Sequence record: OR062527
Reading direction: 5' to 3' (one strand)
DNA from: Escherichia phage vB_EcoM_11B_SA_NWU
Length of the DNA: 64,000 nt
This document shows, in pieces, positions 1-10,454 of the stretch. The notes beneath the pieces are model-generated. The model ran no database searches. It was not told the DNA's origin and was given only the letters and a program-made list of their open reading frames with translations. Numbering within the stretch: position 1 is the stretch's first letter; each line of letters starts with the position of its first letter. The translations under genes were made by a program, and so were the position numbers.

Positions 1-1479
1 ACTGCAGAAATTTCTTCATCTTCTTCCGGTTTAGCTGCAGTAATAACTCTTGGAAAAATTATTACTGATTCCGGTATTTTATTAGCTGAAATCGAGAGCG
101 CTGAAACTGCTATGACAGCAGTTGATTTTCAGGCAAATCTTGAAAAATATGGAATTCCAGGAGTAGTAGCTCTCTATCCAGGCGAATTAGGCGATAAAAT
201 TGAAATTGAAATCGTATCTAAAGCTGACTATGCGAAAGGCGCTTCTGCATTACTCCCAATTTATCCAGGTGGTGGTACTCGTGCATCTACTGCTAAAGCG
301 GTGTTTGGATACGGACCACAAACTGATTCACAGTACGCTATTATAGTTCGTCGTAATGATGCTATTGTTCAAAGCGTTGTTCTTTCAACTAAGCGTGGCG
401 AAAAAGATATTTACGATAGTAACATCTATATCGATGACTTTTTCGCAAAAGGCGGCTCAGAATATATTTTTGCAACTGCACAAAACTGGCCAGAAGGCTT
501 CTCTGGAATTTTAACTCTGTCTGGTGGATTATCATCAAATGCTGAAGTAACAGCAGGAGATTTGATGGAAGCTTGGGACTTCTTTGCTGACCGTGAATCT
601 GTTGACGTTCAACTGTTTATTGCGGGTTCTTGTGCTGGTGAATCTTTAGAAACAGCATCTACTGTCCAAAAACACGTCGTTTCAATTGGTGATGCTCGCC
701 AGGATTGCTTAGTATTGTGCTCACCACCGCGTGAAACTGTAGTTGGAATTCCTGTAACCCGTGCTGTTGATAACTTAGTCAATTGGAGAACTGCAGCAGG
801 TTCATACACTGATAATAACTTTAATATCAGTTCAACCTACGCAGCAATCGATGGCAACTACAAATATCAGTATGACAAATATAATGATGTGAATCGTTGG
901 GTTCCATTAGCAGCTGATATTGCTGGTTTATGCGCGAGAACCGATAACGTTTCTCAGACTTGGATGTCTCCAGCTGGTTATAATCGTGGCCAGATTCTTA
1001 ACGTTATTAAACTTGCTATTGAAACTCGCCAGGCTCAGCGCGACCGTTTATACCAAGAAGCTATCAACCCGGTAACTGGTACAGGTGGTGATGGTTACGT
1101 ATTGTATGGTGATAAAACAGCTACTTCTGTTCCTTCTCCATTTGATCGTATTAACGTTCGTCGTCTGTTTAATATGTTGAAAACGAATATCGGACGTAGT
1201 TCAAAATATCGTTTGTTCGAATTAAACAATGCGTTTACTCGTTCTTCATTCCGTACAGAAACTGCTCAGTACTTGCAAGGAATTAAAGCTCTTGGCGGAA
1301 TTTATGAATATCGTGTAGTTTGCGATACAACAAATAACACTCCGTCAGTAATTGATAGAAATGAGTTTGTTGCAACATTCTACATCCAACCGGCGCGCAG
1401 TATAAATTATATCCAGCTTAACTTCGTTGCGACTGCTACTGGTGCAGATTTCGATGAGTTAACTGGTCTTGCTGGTTAA
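1..1479 (+). CDS. 18: Tail sheath protein gp18, C-terminal ~492 aa; 5' end lies upstream of window
   Basis: Frame 1 open from position 1 with no stop; followed by gp19/gp20 in T4 order; T4 gp18 is ~659 aa. Confidence 0.88.
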   Translation, partial: TAEISSSSSGLAAVITLGKIITDSGILLAEIESAETAMTAVDFQANLEKYGIPGVVALYPGELGDKIEIEIVSKADYAKGASALLPIYPGGGTRASTAKAVFGYGPQTDSQYAIIVRRNDAIVQSVVLSTKRGEKDIYDSNIYIDDFFAKGGSEYIFATAQNWPEGFSGILTLSGGLSSNAEVTAGDLMEAWDFFADRESVDVQLFIAGSCAGESLETASTVQKHVVSIGDARQDCLVLCSPPRETVVGIPVTRAVDNLVNWRTAAGSYTDNNFNISSTYAAIDGNYKYQYDKYNDVNRWVPLAADIAGLCARTDNVSQTWMSPAGYNRGQILNVIKLAIETRQAQRDRLYQEAINPVTGTGGDGYVLYGDKTATSVPSPFDRINVRRLFNMLKTNIGRSSKYRLFELNNAFTRSSFRTETAQYLQGIKALGGIYEYRVVCDTTNNTPSVIDRNEFVATFYIQPARSINYIQLNFVATATGADFDELTGLAG

Positions 1480-1495
1480 TACGGTGCATTCTAAA

Positions 1496-1513
1496 GGCCT
1501 GTTTCGACAGGCC
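1496..1513 (+). other. RNA hairpin, 7-bp stem ggcctgt/acaggcc with UUCG tetraloop, 18-19 intergenic
   Basis: Inverted repeat read directly; no U-run after it, so not a classical terminator. Confidence 0.5.
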
Positions 1514-1514
1514 A

Positions 1515-1522
1515 TATAAATA
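1515..1522 (+). promoter_or_regulatory. T4-type late promoter core TATAAATA
   Basis: Exact TATAAATA immediately after hairpin, upstream of gene 19. Confidence 0.5.
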
Positions 1523-1574
1523 CACTATATCCTTAATTCTTTAATTCTATATGCCCTAGGTTAAACATAGGGAT

Positions 1575-1582
1575 ATAAATAC
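1575..1582 (+). promoter_or_regulatory. T4-type late promoter core TATAAATA for gene 19
   Basis: Exact TATAAATA 14 nt upstream of ATG at 1596; SD agagg at 1586-1590. Confidence 0.65.
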
Positions 1583-1595
1583 TACAGAGGCTAAT

Positions 1596-2087
1596 ATGTT
1601 TGTAGATGATGTAACACGAGCGTTTGAATCTGGTGATTTTGCTCGACCTAACTTATTCCAAGTAGAGATTTCTTATCTTGGCCAAAATTTTACGTTCCAA
1701 TGTAAAGCTACTGCTTTACCAGCTGGTATTGTAGAAAAAATTCCAGTCGGATTTATGAACCGTAAAATTAATGTGGCAGGTGATCGTACATTCGATGACT
1801 GGACTGTTACAGTAATGAACGATGAGGCACATGATGCTCGTCAGAAGTTTGTTGATTGGCAAAGCATTGCTGCTGGGCAAGGAAACGAAATTACTGGTGG
1901 AAAACCCGCAGAGTATAAAAAGAGCGCTATTGTTCGCCAATATGCTCGTGACGCTAAAACAGTAACAAAAGAAATTGAAATTAAAGGTCTATGGCCTACT
2001 AACGTGGGTGAACTTCAATTAGATTGGGATTCAAACAACGAAATCCAAACATTTGAAGTAACTCTTGCTCTCGATTATTGGGAATAA
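1596..2087 (+). CDS. 19: Tail tube protein gp19
   Basis: 163 aa as in T4 gp19; position between 18 and 20. Confidence 0.9.
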   Translation: MFVDDVTRAFESGDFARPNLFQVEISYLGQNFTFQCKATALPAGIVEKIPVGFMNRKINVAGDRTFDDWTVTVMNDEAHDARQKFVDWQSIAAGQGNEITGGKPAEYKKSAIVRQYARDAKTVTKEIEIKGLWPTNVGELQLDWDSNNEIQTFEVTLALDYWE

Positions 2088-2092
2088 AATGA

Positions 2093-3744
<1,652 letters not shown>

Positions 3745-3745
<1 letters not shown>

Positions 3746-3987
3746 TGGAAGGTTTAATTGAAGCTATTAAATCAAACGACCTCGTAGCCGCTCGTAAATT
3801 ATTTGCTGAAGCCATGGCTGCAAGAACGACTGATTTAATTAAAGAAGAAAAAATCACTATCGCTCGTAATTTCTTAATCGAAGGTGAAGAACCTGATGAC
3901 GAGGATGAAGATGACGACGAAGATAGCGATGATGATAAAGACGACAAAAAAGACAAAGACTCTGACGAAGACGAGGATGATGAATAA
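3745..3987 (+). CDS. 67: Prohead core protein gp67 with acidic C-terminal tail
   Basis: 80 aa, D/E-rich C-terminus; position between 20 and 68. Confidence 0.8.
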
Positions 3988-4412
3988 TGATTCTAATCCC
4001 TGAAACTCATGAATTAGTTCTCGAGAATGTCGAAGCACTTATTCCTGAAGCACAGGGTCGCTTTGACGAGTTGTCTTCTGCTTTAAATAAAGACGATATA
4101 AATACAATTATCGAGAATATGCTTGATGATGAAACCGATTTAGCGATTGCATTAGCTTCTATTAATGAAAATATGCCGTTAAATGAATTCATCGTTAAAC
4201 ATGTTTCTGCCCGTGGTGAAATTACTCGCACTAAAGATCGCAAAACCCGCGAACGTAATGCATTTCAAACTACCGGGTTGTCTAAAGCAAAACGTAGACA
4301 AATTGCTCGTAAAGCTACCAAAACGAAGATTGCCAATCCAGCAGGTCAATCTCGTGCTCAGCGTAAGCGTAAAAAAGCTCTCAAACGCCGTAAAGCATTA
4401 GGATTAAGCTAA
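3987..4412 (+). CDS. 68: Prohead core protein gp68
   Basis: 141 aa, basic C-terminus; ATGA overlap with gene 67; T4 order. Confidence 0.8.
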   Translation: MILIPETHELVLENVEALIPEAQGRFDELSSALNKDDINTIIENMLDDETDLAIALASINENMPLNEFIVKHVSARGEITRTKDRKTRERNAFQTTGLSKAKRRQIARKATKTKIANPAGQSRAQRKRKKALKRRKALGLS

Positions 4413-5050
4413 TGAATGAACCCCAATTGCTAATTGAAACTTGGGGTCAACCTGGCGAAATTATTGATGGTGTACCAATGCTTGAATCTCACGATGGGAA
4501 AGACTTAGGTTTAAAACCTGGTTTATACATCGAAGGAATATTCATGCAAGCAGAAGTCGTCAATAGAAATAAACGTCTTTATCCAAAACGTATATTAGAA
4601 AAAGCGGTAAAAGACTATATTAATGAGCAAGTTTTAACTAAACAAGCTCTCGGAGAATTAAATCATCCTCCACGCGCTAATGTTGACCCGATGCAAGCCG
4701 CTATCATTATAGAAGATATGTGGTGGAAAGGAAATGACGTATACGGACGAGCTCGTGTTATTGAAGGTGACCATGGTCCTGGAGATAAATTAGCAGCTAA
4801 TATTCGTGCCGGATGGATTCCAGGAGTTTCTTCTCGTGGATTAGGTTCATTGACTGACACAAATAAAGGTTATCGTATCGTAAACGAAGGATTCAAATTA
4901 ACTGTAGGTGTTGATGCAGTATGGGGTCCAAGTGCTCCAGATGCATGGGTAACTCCTAAGGAAATTACTGAATCACAGACGGCGGAAGCCGATACAAGTG
5001 CCGATGACGCCTATATGGCTCTCGCAGAGGCCATGAAAAAAGCGTTATAA
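4412..5050 (+). CDS. 21: Prohead core protease gp21
   Basis: 212 aa as T4 gp21; position before gene 22. Confidence 0.9.
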   Translation: MNEPQLLIETWGQPGEIIDGVPMLESHDGKDLGLKPGLYIEGIFMQAEVVNRNKRLYPKRILEKAVKDYINEQVLTKQALGELNHPPRANVDPMQAAIIIEDMWWKGNDVYGRARVIEGDHGPGDKLAANIRAGWIPGVSSRGLGSLTDTNKGYRIVNEGFKLTVGVDAVWGPSAPDAWVTPKEITESQTAEADTSADDAYMALAEAMKKAL

Positions 5051-5053
5051 ATA
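5046..5053 (+). promoter_or_regulatory. Late promoter core TATAAATA for gene 22
   Basis: Exact TATAAATA overlapping gene 21 stop, 28 nt before ATG 5081. Confidence 0.6.
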
Positions 5054-5080
5054 TTATTATCTAAACAACAGGACTACAAA

Positions 5081-5890
5081 ATGCTTAAAGAACAACTGAT
5101 TGCTGAAGCGCAGAAAATTGATGCTTCCGTTGCTCTTGATAGTATTTTCGAATCAGTTAATATTTCTCCGGAAGCAAAAGAAACTTTCGGCACTGTATTC
5201 GAAGCTACCGTCAAGCAGCACGCCGTTAAATTAGCTGAATCTCATATCGCTAAAATTGCTGAAAAAGCAGAAGAAGAAGTAGAAAAAAATAAAGAAGAAG
5301 CAGAAGAAAAAGCTGAGAAGAAAATCGCTGAGCAAGCTTCTAAATTCCTTGACCATCTTGCGAAAGAATGGCTCACTGAAAATAAATTGGCAGTAGATAA
5401 AGGCATTAAAGCCGAACTGTTTGAATCCATGCTTGGCGGATTGAAAGAGCTCTTCGTTGAACACAACGTTGTTGTTCCAGAAGAATCAGTTGATGTTGTA
5501 GCTGAAATGGAAGAAGAACTGCAAGAACATAAAGAAGAATCAGCTCGTCTGTTCGAAGAACTCAATAAGCGTGACGCATATATCAATTATGTGCAGCGTG
5601 AAGTGGCATTGAGCGAAAGTACTAAAGATCTGACTGAGTCTCAAAAAGAAAAAGTCTCTGCTCTGGTCGAAGGTATTGATTATTCAGATGCATTCTCAAG
5701 CAAATTGAGTGCCATCGTAGAAATGGTGAAGAAATCTAATAAAGATGAAAGCACTATTACTGAGAGTATAAATACTCCTGATACTGAAGCAGCCGGACTG
5801 AATTTCGTCACTGAAGCTGTAGAAGATAAATCTGCACAAGGTGCAGAAGATATTGTAAGTGTATATGCGAAAGTCGCATCTCGTTTCTAA
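5081..5890 (+). CDS. 22: Prohead core scaffold protein gp22
   Basis: 269 aa, E/K-rich coiled-coil-like sequence; T4 order. Confidence 0.9.
   Translation: MLKEQLIAEAQKIDASVALDSIFESVNISPEAKETFGTVFEATVKQHAVKLAESHIAKIAEKAEEEVEKNKEEAEEKAEKKIAEQASKFLDHLAKEWLTENKLAVDKGIKAELFESMLGGLKELFVEHNVVVPEESVDVVAEMEEELQEHKEESARLFEELNKRDAYINYVQREVALSESTKDLTESQKEKVSALVEGIDYSDAFSSKLSAIVEMVKKSNKDESTITESINTPDTEAAGLNFVTEAVEDKSAQGAEDIVSVYAKVASRF
5767..5774 (+). promoter_or_regulatory. Late promoter core TATAAATA inside gene 22, candidate promoter for gene 23
   Basis: Exact TATAAATA ~135 nt upstream of gene 23 ATG; no consensus box in the short 22-23 gap. Confidence 0.45.
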
Positions 5891-5908
5891 TTTTAAAGGT
5901 TAACACAA

Positions 5909-7474
5909 ATGACTATCAAAACTAAAGCTGAACTTTTGAACAAATGGAAGCCATTACTGGAAGGTGAAGGTTTACCGGAAATTGCTAATAGCAAACAAGC
6001 GATTATCGCTAAAATCTTTGAAAACCAGGAAAAAGATTTCCAAACAGCTCCAGAATATAAAGACGAAAAAATTGCTCAGGCATTTGGTTCTTTCTTAACA
6101 GAAGCTGAAATCGGTGGTGACCACGGTTACAATGCTACCAACATCGCTGCAGGTCAGACTTCTGGTGCAGTAACTCAGATTGGCCCAGCTGTTATGGGTA
6201 TGGTACGTCGTGCTATTCCTAACCTGATTGCTTTCGATATTTGTGGTGTTCAGCCGATGAACAGCCCGACTGGTCAGGTATTCGCACTGCGCGCAGTATA
6301 TGGTAAAGACCCAATCGCTTCCGGTGCTAAAGAAGCATTCCACCCAATGTATGGTCCAGATGCAATGTTCTCTGGTCAGGGTGCTGCTAAGAAATTCCCA
6401 GCTCTGGCTGCTAGCACAGAAACTACAGTAGGTGACATTTATACCCACTTCTTCCAGGAAACTGGTACCGTGTATCTGCAAGCTTCTGCTCAGGTAACAA
6501 TTAGTTCAAGTGCTAATGATGCAGCTAAATTAGATGCTGAAATTAAGAAACAAATGGAAGCTGGTGTACTGGTAGAAATCGCTGAAGGTATGGCTACTTC
6601 TATCGCTGAACTTCAGGAAGGTTTCAACGGTTCTACCGATAACCCATGGAATGAAATGGGCTTCCGTATCGATAAACAAGTTATCGAAGCTAAATCTCGT
6701 CAGCTGAAAGCTGCTTACTCTATCGAATTAGCACAAGACCTCCGCGCTGTTCACGGTATGGATGCTGATGCTGAACTGTCTGGTATTCTGGCTACCGAAA
6801 TCATGCTGGAAATCAACCGTGAAGTTGTTGATTGGATTAACTACTCAGCTCAGGTTGGTAAATCTGGTATGACCCTGACTCCGGGTTCTAAAGCTGGTGT
6901 ATTTGACTTCCAGGATCCGATTGATATTCGTGGTGCTCGCTGGGCAGGTGAATCCTTTAAAGCTCTGTTGTTCCAGATTGACAAAGAAGCAGTTGAAATT
7001 GCTCGTCAAACCGGTCGTGGTGAAGGTAACTTCATTATCGCTTCCCGTAACGTAGTTAACGTTCTGGCTTCAGTTGATACTGGCATTTCTTATGCTGCAC
7101 AGGGTCTGGCTACTGGATTTAACACTGATACTACCAAGTCAGTATTTGCTGGTGTTCTGGGTGGTAAATACCGTGTATATATCGACCAGTATGCTAAACA
7201 GGATTATTTCACTGTAGGTTATAAAGGTCCGAACGAAATGGATGCTGGTATTTACTATGCTCCATATGTAGCTTTGACTCCGCTGCGTGGTTCTGATCCG
7301 AAGAACTTCCAACCAGTAATGGGATTCAAAACTCGTTACGGTATCGGTATCAACCCATTTGCAGAATCCGCTGCTCAGGCTCCGGCTTCTCGCATCCAGA
7401 GCGGTATGCCTTCTATTCTGAATAGCCTTGGTAAAAACGCTTACTTTAGACGTGTATATGTTAAAGGTATCTAA
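5909..7474 (+). CDS. 23: Major capsid protein gp23 (precursor)
   Basis: 521 aa; N-terminus MTIKTKAELLNKWKPLLEGEGLPEIANSKQ... recognised as T4 gp23. Confidence 0.97.
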   Translation: MTIKTKAELLNKWKPLLEGEGLPEIANSKQAIIAKIFENQEKDFQTAPEYKDEKIAQAFGSFLTEAEIGGDHGYNATNIAAGQTSGAVTQIGPAVMGMVRRAIPNLIAFDICGVQPMNSPTGQVFALRAVYGKDPIASGAKEAFHPMYGPDAMFSGQGAAKKFPALAASTETTVGDIYTHFFQETGTVYLQASAQVTISSSANDAAKLDAEIKKQMEAGVLVEIAEGMATSIAELQEGFNGSTDNPWNEMGFRIDKQVIEAKSRQLKAAYSIELAQDLRAVHGMDADAELSGILATEIMLEINREVVDWINYSAQVGKSGMTLTPGSKAGVFDFQDPIDIRGARWAGESFKALLFQIDKEAVEIARQTGRGEGNFIIASRNVVNVLASVDTGISYAAQGLATGFNTDTTKSVFAGVLGGKYRVYIDQYAKQDYFTVGYKGPNEMDAGIYYAPYVALTPLRGSDPKNFQPVMGFKTRYGIGINPFAESAAQAPASRIQSGMPSILNSLGKNAYFRRVYVKGI

Positions 7475-7489
7475 TCTTTGACGATTTAA

Positions 7490-7518
7490 GGGACCTTCGG
7501 GTCCCTTTAGTTGTTTTT
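7490..7518 (+). terminator. Rho-independent terminator after gene 23 (gggacc-UUCG-ggtccc plus T-run)
   Basis: 6-bp GC stem, UUCG loop, followed by tttagttgttttt. Confidence 0.7.
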
Positions 7519-7522
7519 ATGG

Positions 7523-7530
7523 TATAAATA
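7523..7530 (+). promoter_or_regulatory. Late promoter core TATAAATA for gene 24
   Basis: Exact TATAAATA 28 nt upstream of ATG 7558. Confidence 0.65.
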
Positions 7531-7557
7531 AATCATATAAACCAAAAGGAAAGCGCA

Positions 7558-8841
7558 ATGGCTAAAATCAACGAACTTCTGCGCGAATCAACCACAACGA
7601 ATAGCAACTCAATCGGTCGCCCAAATCTCGTTGCTTTGACTCGCGCTACCACTAAATTAATATATTCTGACATTGTAGCAACGCAAAGAACTAATCAACC
7701 TGTTGCTGCTTTTTATGGTATCAAATACCTTAACCCAGACAACGAATTTACATTTAAAACTGGTGCTACTTACGCTGGCGAAGCTGGATATGTAGACCGA
7801 GAAAAAATCACAGAATTAACAGAAGAGTCTAAATTAACTCTCAATAAAGGCGATTTATTCAAATATAATAATATCGTTTATAAAGTATTAGAAGATACAC
7901 CATTTGCTGATATTGAAGAAAGCGATTTAGAATTAGCTCTTCAGATTGCAATTGTTCTTTTAAAGGTTCGTCTATTTTCTGACGCAGCGTCAACAAGCAA
8001 ATTTGAAAGCTCTGATAGTGAAATTGCGGATGCTAGATTCCAGATTAATAAATGGCAAACCGCAGTTAAATCTCGCAAACTTAAAACTGGTATCACAGTT
8101 GAATTAGCACAAGATTTAGAAGCAAACGGATTCGATGCTCCTAATTTCTTAGAAGATTTGCTTGCAACCGAAATGGCAGATGAAATCAATAAAGATATTC
8201 TGCAGTCTTTGATTACAGTATCAAAACGTTATAAAGTTACAGGAATTACTGATACTGGATTCATTGATTTGAGTTATGCATCTGCACCTGAAGCTGGTCG
8301 TTCATTATACCGAATGGTATGTGAAATGGTTTCGCATATCCAAAAAGAATCAACTTATACAGCAACGTTCTGTGTTGCTTCTGCTCGTGCCGCTGCGATT
8401 CTTGCTGCATCAGGTTGGTTAAAACATAAACCAGAAGATGACAAGTATCTTTCACAAAATGCCTACGGGTTCTTAGCTAATGGTTTACCGCTTTATTGCG
8501 ATACTAACAGCCCATTAGATTATGTAATCGTTGGCGTAGTAGAAAATATCGGTGAAAAAGAAATTGTTGGATCAATTTTCTATGCTCCGTATACAGAAGG
8601 TCTCGACTTAGATGACCCTGAACATGTAGGTGCATTTAAAGTTGTTGTTGATCCAGAAAGCTTGCAACCGTCTATCGGTTTATTAGTTAGATATGCTTTA
8701 TCTGCAAATCCTTACACCGTAGCAAAAGATGAAAAAGAAGCAAGAGTAATTGATGGTGGAGACATGGATAAAATGGCGGGTCGTTCAGATTTGTCCGTTT
8801 TATTAGGTGTTAAGCTACCAAAAATTATCATTGATGAATAA
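7558..8841 (+). CDS. 24: Capsid vertex protein gp24
   Basis: 427 aa as T4 gp24; follows gene 23. Confidence 0.9.
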   Translation: MAKINELLRESTTTNSNSIGRPNLVALTRATTKLIYSDIVATQRTNQPVAAFYGIKYLNPDNEFTFKTGATYAGEAGYVDREKITELTEESKLTLNKGDLFKYNNIVYKVLEDTPFADIEESDLELALQIAIVLLKVRLFSDAASTSKFESSDSEIADARFQINKWQTAVKSRKLKTGITVELAQDLEANGFDAPNFLEDLLATEMADEINKDILQSLITVSKRYKVTGITDTGFIDLSYASAPEAGRSLYRMVCEMVSHIQKESTYTATFCVASARAAAILAASGWLKHKPEDDKYLSQNAYGFLANGLPLYCDTNSPLDYVIVGVVENIGEKEIVGSIFYAPYTEGLDLDDPEHVGAFKVVVDPESLQPSIGLLVRYALSANPYTVAKDEKEARVIDGGDMDKMAGRSDLSVLLGVKLPKIIIDE

Positions 8842-8847
8842 ATCAAA

Positions 8848-8868
8848 GGGACCGAAAGGTCCCTTTTT
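8848..8868. terminator. Bidirectional terminator hairpin gggacc-GAAA-ggtccc between convergent genes 24 and rnlB
   Basis: 6-bp GC stem with A-run upstream and T-run downstream on plus strand. Confidence 0.7.
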
Positions 8869-8870
8869 AT

Positions 8871-9875
8871 TTAGCTCACCAACTCAATCCAAGCCGGACG
8901 AAGTACATCTTGTACCATTTTAACTAATTCCTTTTTAACCAAAGAAGGATTATCCGCTTGAGTTAGAGTAATACCTTCACGAGAAGTTTCTTCCAAAATA
9001 TCTTGAACAGTTAGTCCCATCACCTTTCCAAAATCTTTAGGACCAATTTCGCCAATTTTAGAAATAACATTATTTACTCGGTTCAGTGTAACATAACAAG
9101 CTAAAATTCCCATCAGCTTATTATCAGCTTCTGATAGTTCAACTTTAGCTTTAATAGGCTTATCAGACTTTTTCTTTTCACTAAATTTGGAATTCTTACA
9201 TTTAATTGCTACACGATTTCCATTATGAAGCCAAGAAGGATAACAAGGTTTCAATACATATCCTTCAGCGGTAAACACTTCACCTTTTGCTTCGGCATTC
9301 CAAACGCATTTATTTGCATCAACTAATCCAGCATGGTCTACTGTAAAATTATAATCTTGGACGACAGAATCTAAATCATTTGGCAATTTAATAAGCTCTT
9401 CAAATTTACCGCGACCTAAAAGTGGAGCCATTTTAAATTTGAATGTATTACAGAATGATTCCATCATATAATCATCGACATAAGTCACATCACCACTTTC
9501 TGTAGTGACAATAATGTCAAATACATAAAAATCTTTATCACCATAATCAACATTCTTCTGAATGCCAGGTCCAGCGAATTCGCCAAAGACTTGATAAGAT
9601 ACAACCGCTGAAGTTTCCATAATATCTTGTACTGCTTTAATGGAATCAGCGTAATTCTTTAGAATAATTTCATACCCAAAGAAATCTTCAGCAGGAAGAA
9701 TAGGACCAGTACGTTTAGCGCAAGTTACTTTATCACGCTCAATAATCAATGAGAAATTTGTGCCGTGAATCTTTTCACGAGCTACCCATTCGCCGCCAGT
9801 CAATCCTAAGCTATAAAGTTTTTCAATAAATTTAGAGTTGTAATGATTTTCAAGACTGCTATACTTTTTAAACAT
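8871..9875 (-). CDS. rnlB: RNA ligase 2 (Rnl2)
   Basis: 334 aa; KIHGTN nucleotidyltransferase motif I near N-terminus; T4 position after gene 24. Confidence 0.9.
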   Translation of the reverse strand: MFKKYSSLENHYNSKFIEKLYSLGLTGGEWVAREKIHGTNFSLIIERDKVTCAKRTGPILPAEDFFGYEIILKNYADSIKAVQDIMETSAVVSYQVFGEFAGPGIQKNVDYGDKDFYVFDIIVTTESGDVTYVDDYMMESFCNTFKFKMAPLLGRGKFEELIKLPNDLDSVVQDYNFTVDHAGLVDANKCVWNAEAKGEVFTAEGYVLKPCYPSWLHNGNRVAIKCKNSKFSEKKKSDKPIKAKVELSEADNKLMGILACYVTLNRVNNVISKIGEIGPKDFGKVMGLTVQDILEETSREGITLTQADNPSLVKKELVKMVQDVLRPAWIELVS

Positions 9876-9884
9876 AATTAATCC

Positions 9885-10163
9885 TCAAAATGTAATTTCT
9901 AACCAATCACCATCACGCTGATCACTATTAACTTTAAAGCTGAATCCTTCTTTTCTCAACCAATCACCAATTTCTTCAGTAATCAATTTATCGCGAGCAG
10001 TACAATAATAACTAAAATATGTTTTACCTTGTTCAGCTGCTTTATTAGCAAGTTCCGAAAAATCTTTAATAAAACACTCTAGTTTAAACTGTTTGCTTTT
10101 TAATGCTTTTTCGCGTAATTGATTAGCAAAAGATTCATTTTCATAAAGATCATACTGTTCCAT
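9885..10163 (-). CDS. Hypothetical protein, positional equivalent of T4 24.2
   Basis: 92-aa ORF in T4 position; no recognisable motif. Confidence 0.6.
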   Translation of the reverse strand: MEQYDLYENESFANQLREKALKSKQFKLECFIKDFSELANKAAEQGKTYFSYYCTARDKLITEEIGDWLRKEGFSFKVNSDQRDGDWLEITF

Positions 10164-10365
10164 TTTTCACCTTTTTATTAATATGTCTTTTTCTATAGAC
10201 AACTTTTTCTCGAGTTTCAAATTTATTCTTAGCAGTCATAGCTCGAGCCCATAATACAGCCACTTCTTTCGCCTGTAAGTTTAATTCACGAGCAATTTCA
10301 ATGAATGACTTTCCAGACTCATGAAGAGTAAACACCACAACCTCAGTTCTCATAATCAATCTCAT
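10150..10365 (-). CDS. Hypothetical protein, positional equivalent of T4 24.3
   Basis: 71-aa ORF overlapping upstream gene by 14 nt. Confidence 0.55.
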   Translation of the reverse strand: MRLIMRTEVVVFTLHESGKSFIEIARELNLQAKEVAVLWARAMTAKNKFETREKVVYRKRHINKKVKNGTV

Positions 10366-10420
10366 GTTATCGAGTTGGTGCCATTATATACATCGTTTTC
10401 TGACTATGTTTTGTGTGCTT

Positions 10421-10449
10421 TCAAAATGAAGAAAGGGGCCGAAGCCCCT
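10421..10449 (-). terminator. Probable terminator after hoc (aggggc-CGAA-gcccct then U-rich tract on minus strand)
   Basis: Hairpin at 10434-10449; minus-strand continuation reads ttcttcattttg. Confidence 0.5.
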
Positions 10450-10454
10450 TACGA

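Noticed and set aside
5231-5586. Antisense ORFs inside gene 22 (77 and 114 aa, Ser/Phe-rich), and similar antisense ORFs inside genes 18, 19, 20, 21, 23, 24, inh, 29, nrdA, 34 and 37
   Set aside because: They lie wholly within well-supported genes on the opposite strand, are low-complexity, and have no RBS; treated as shadow ORFs
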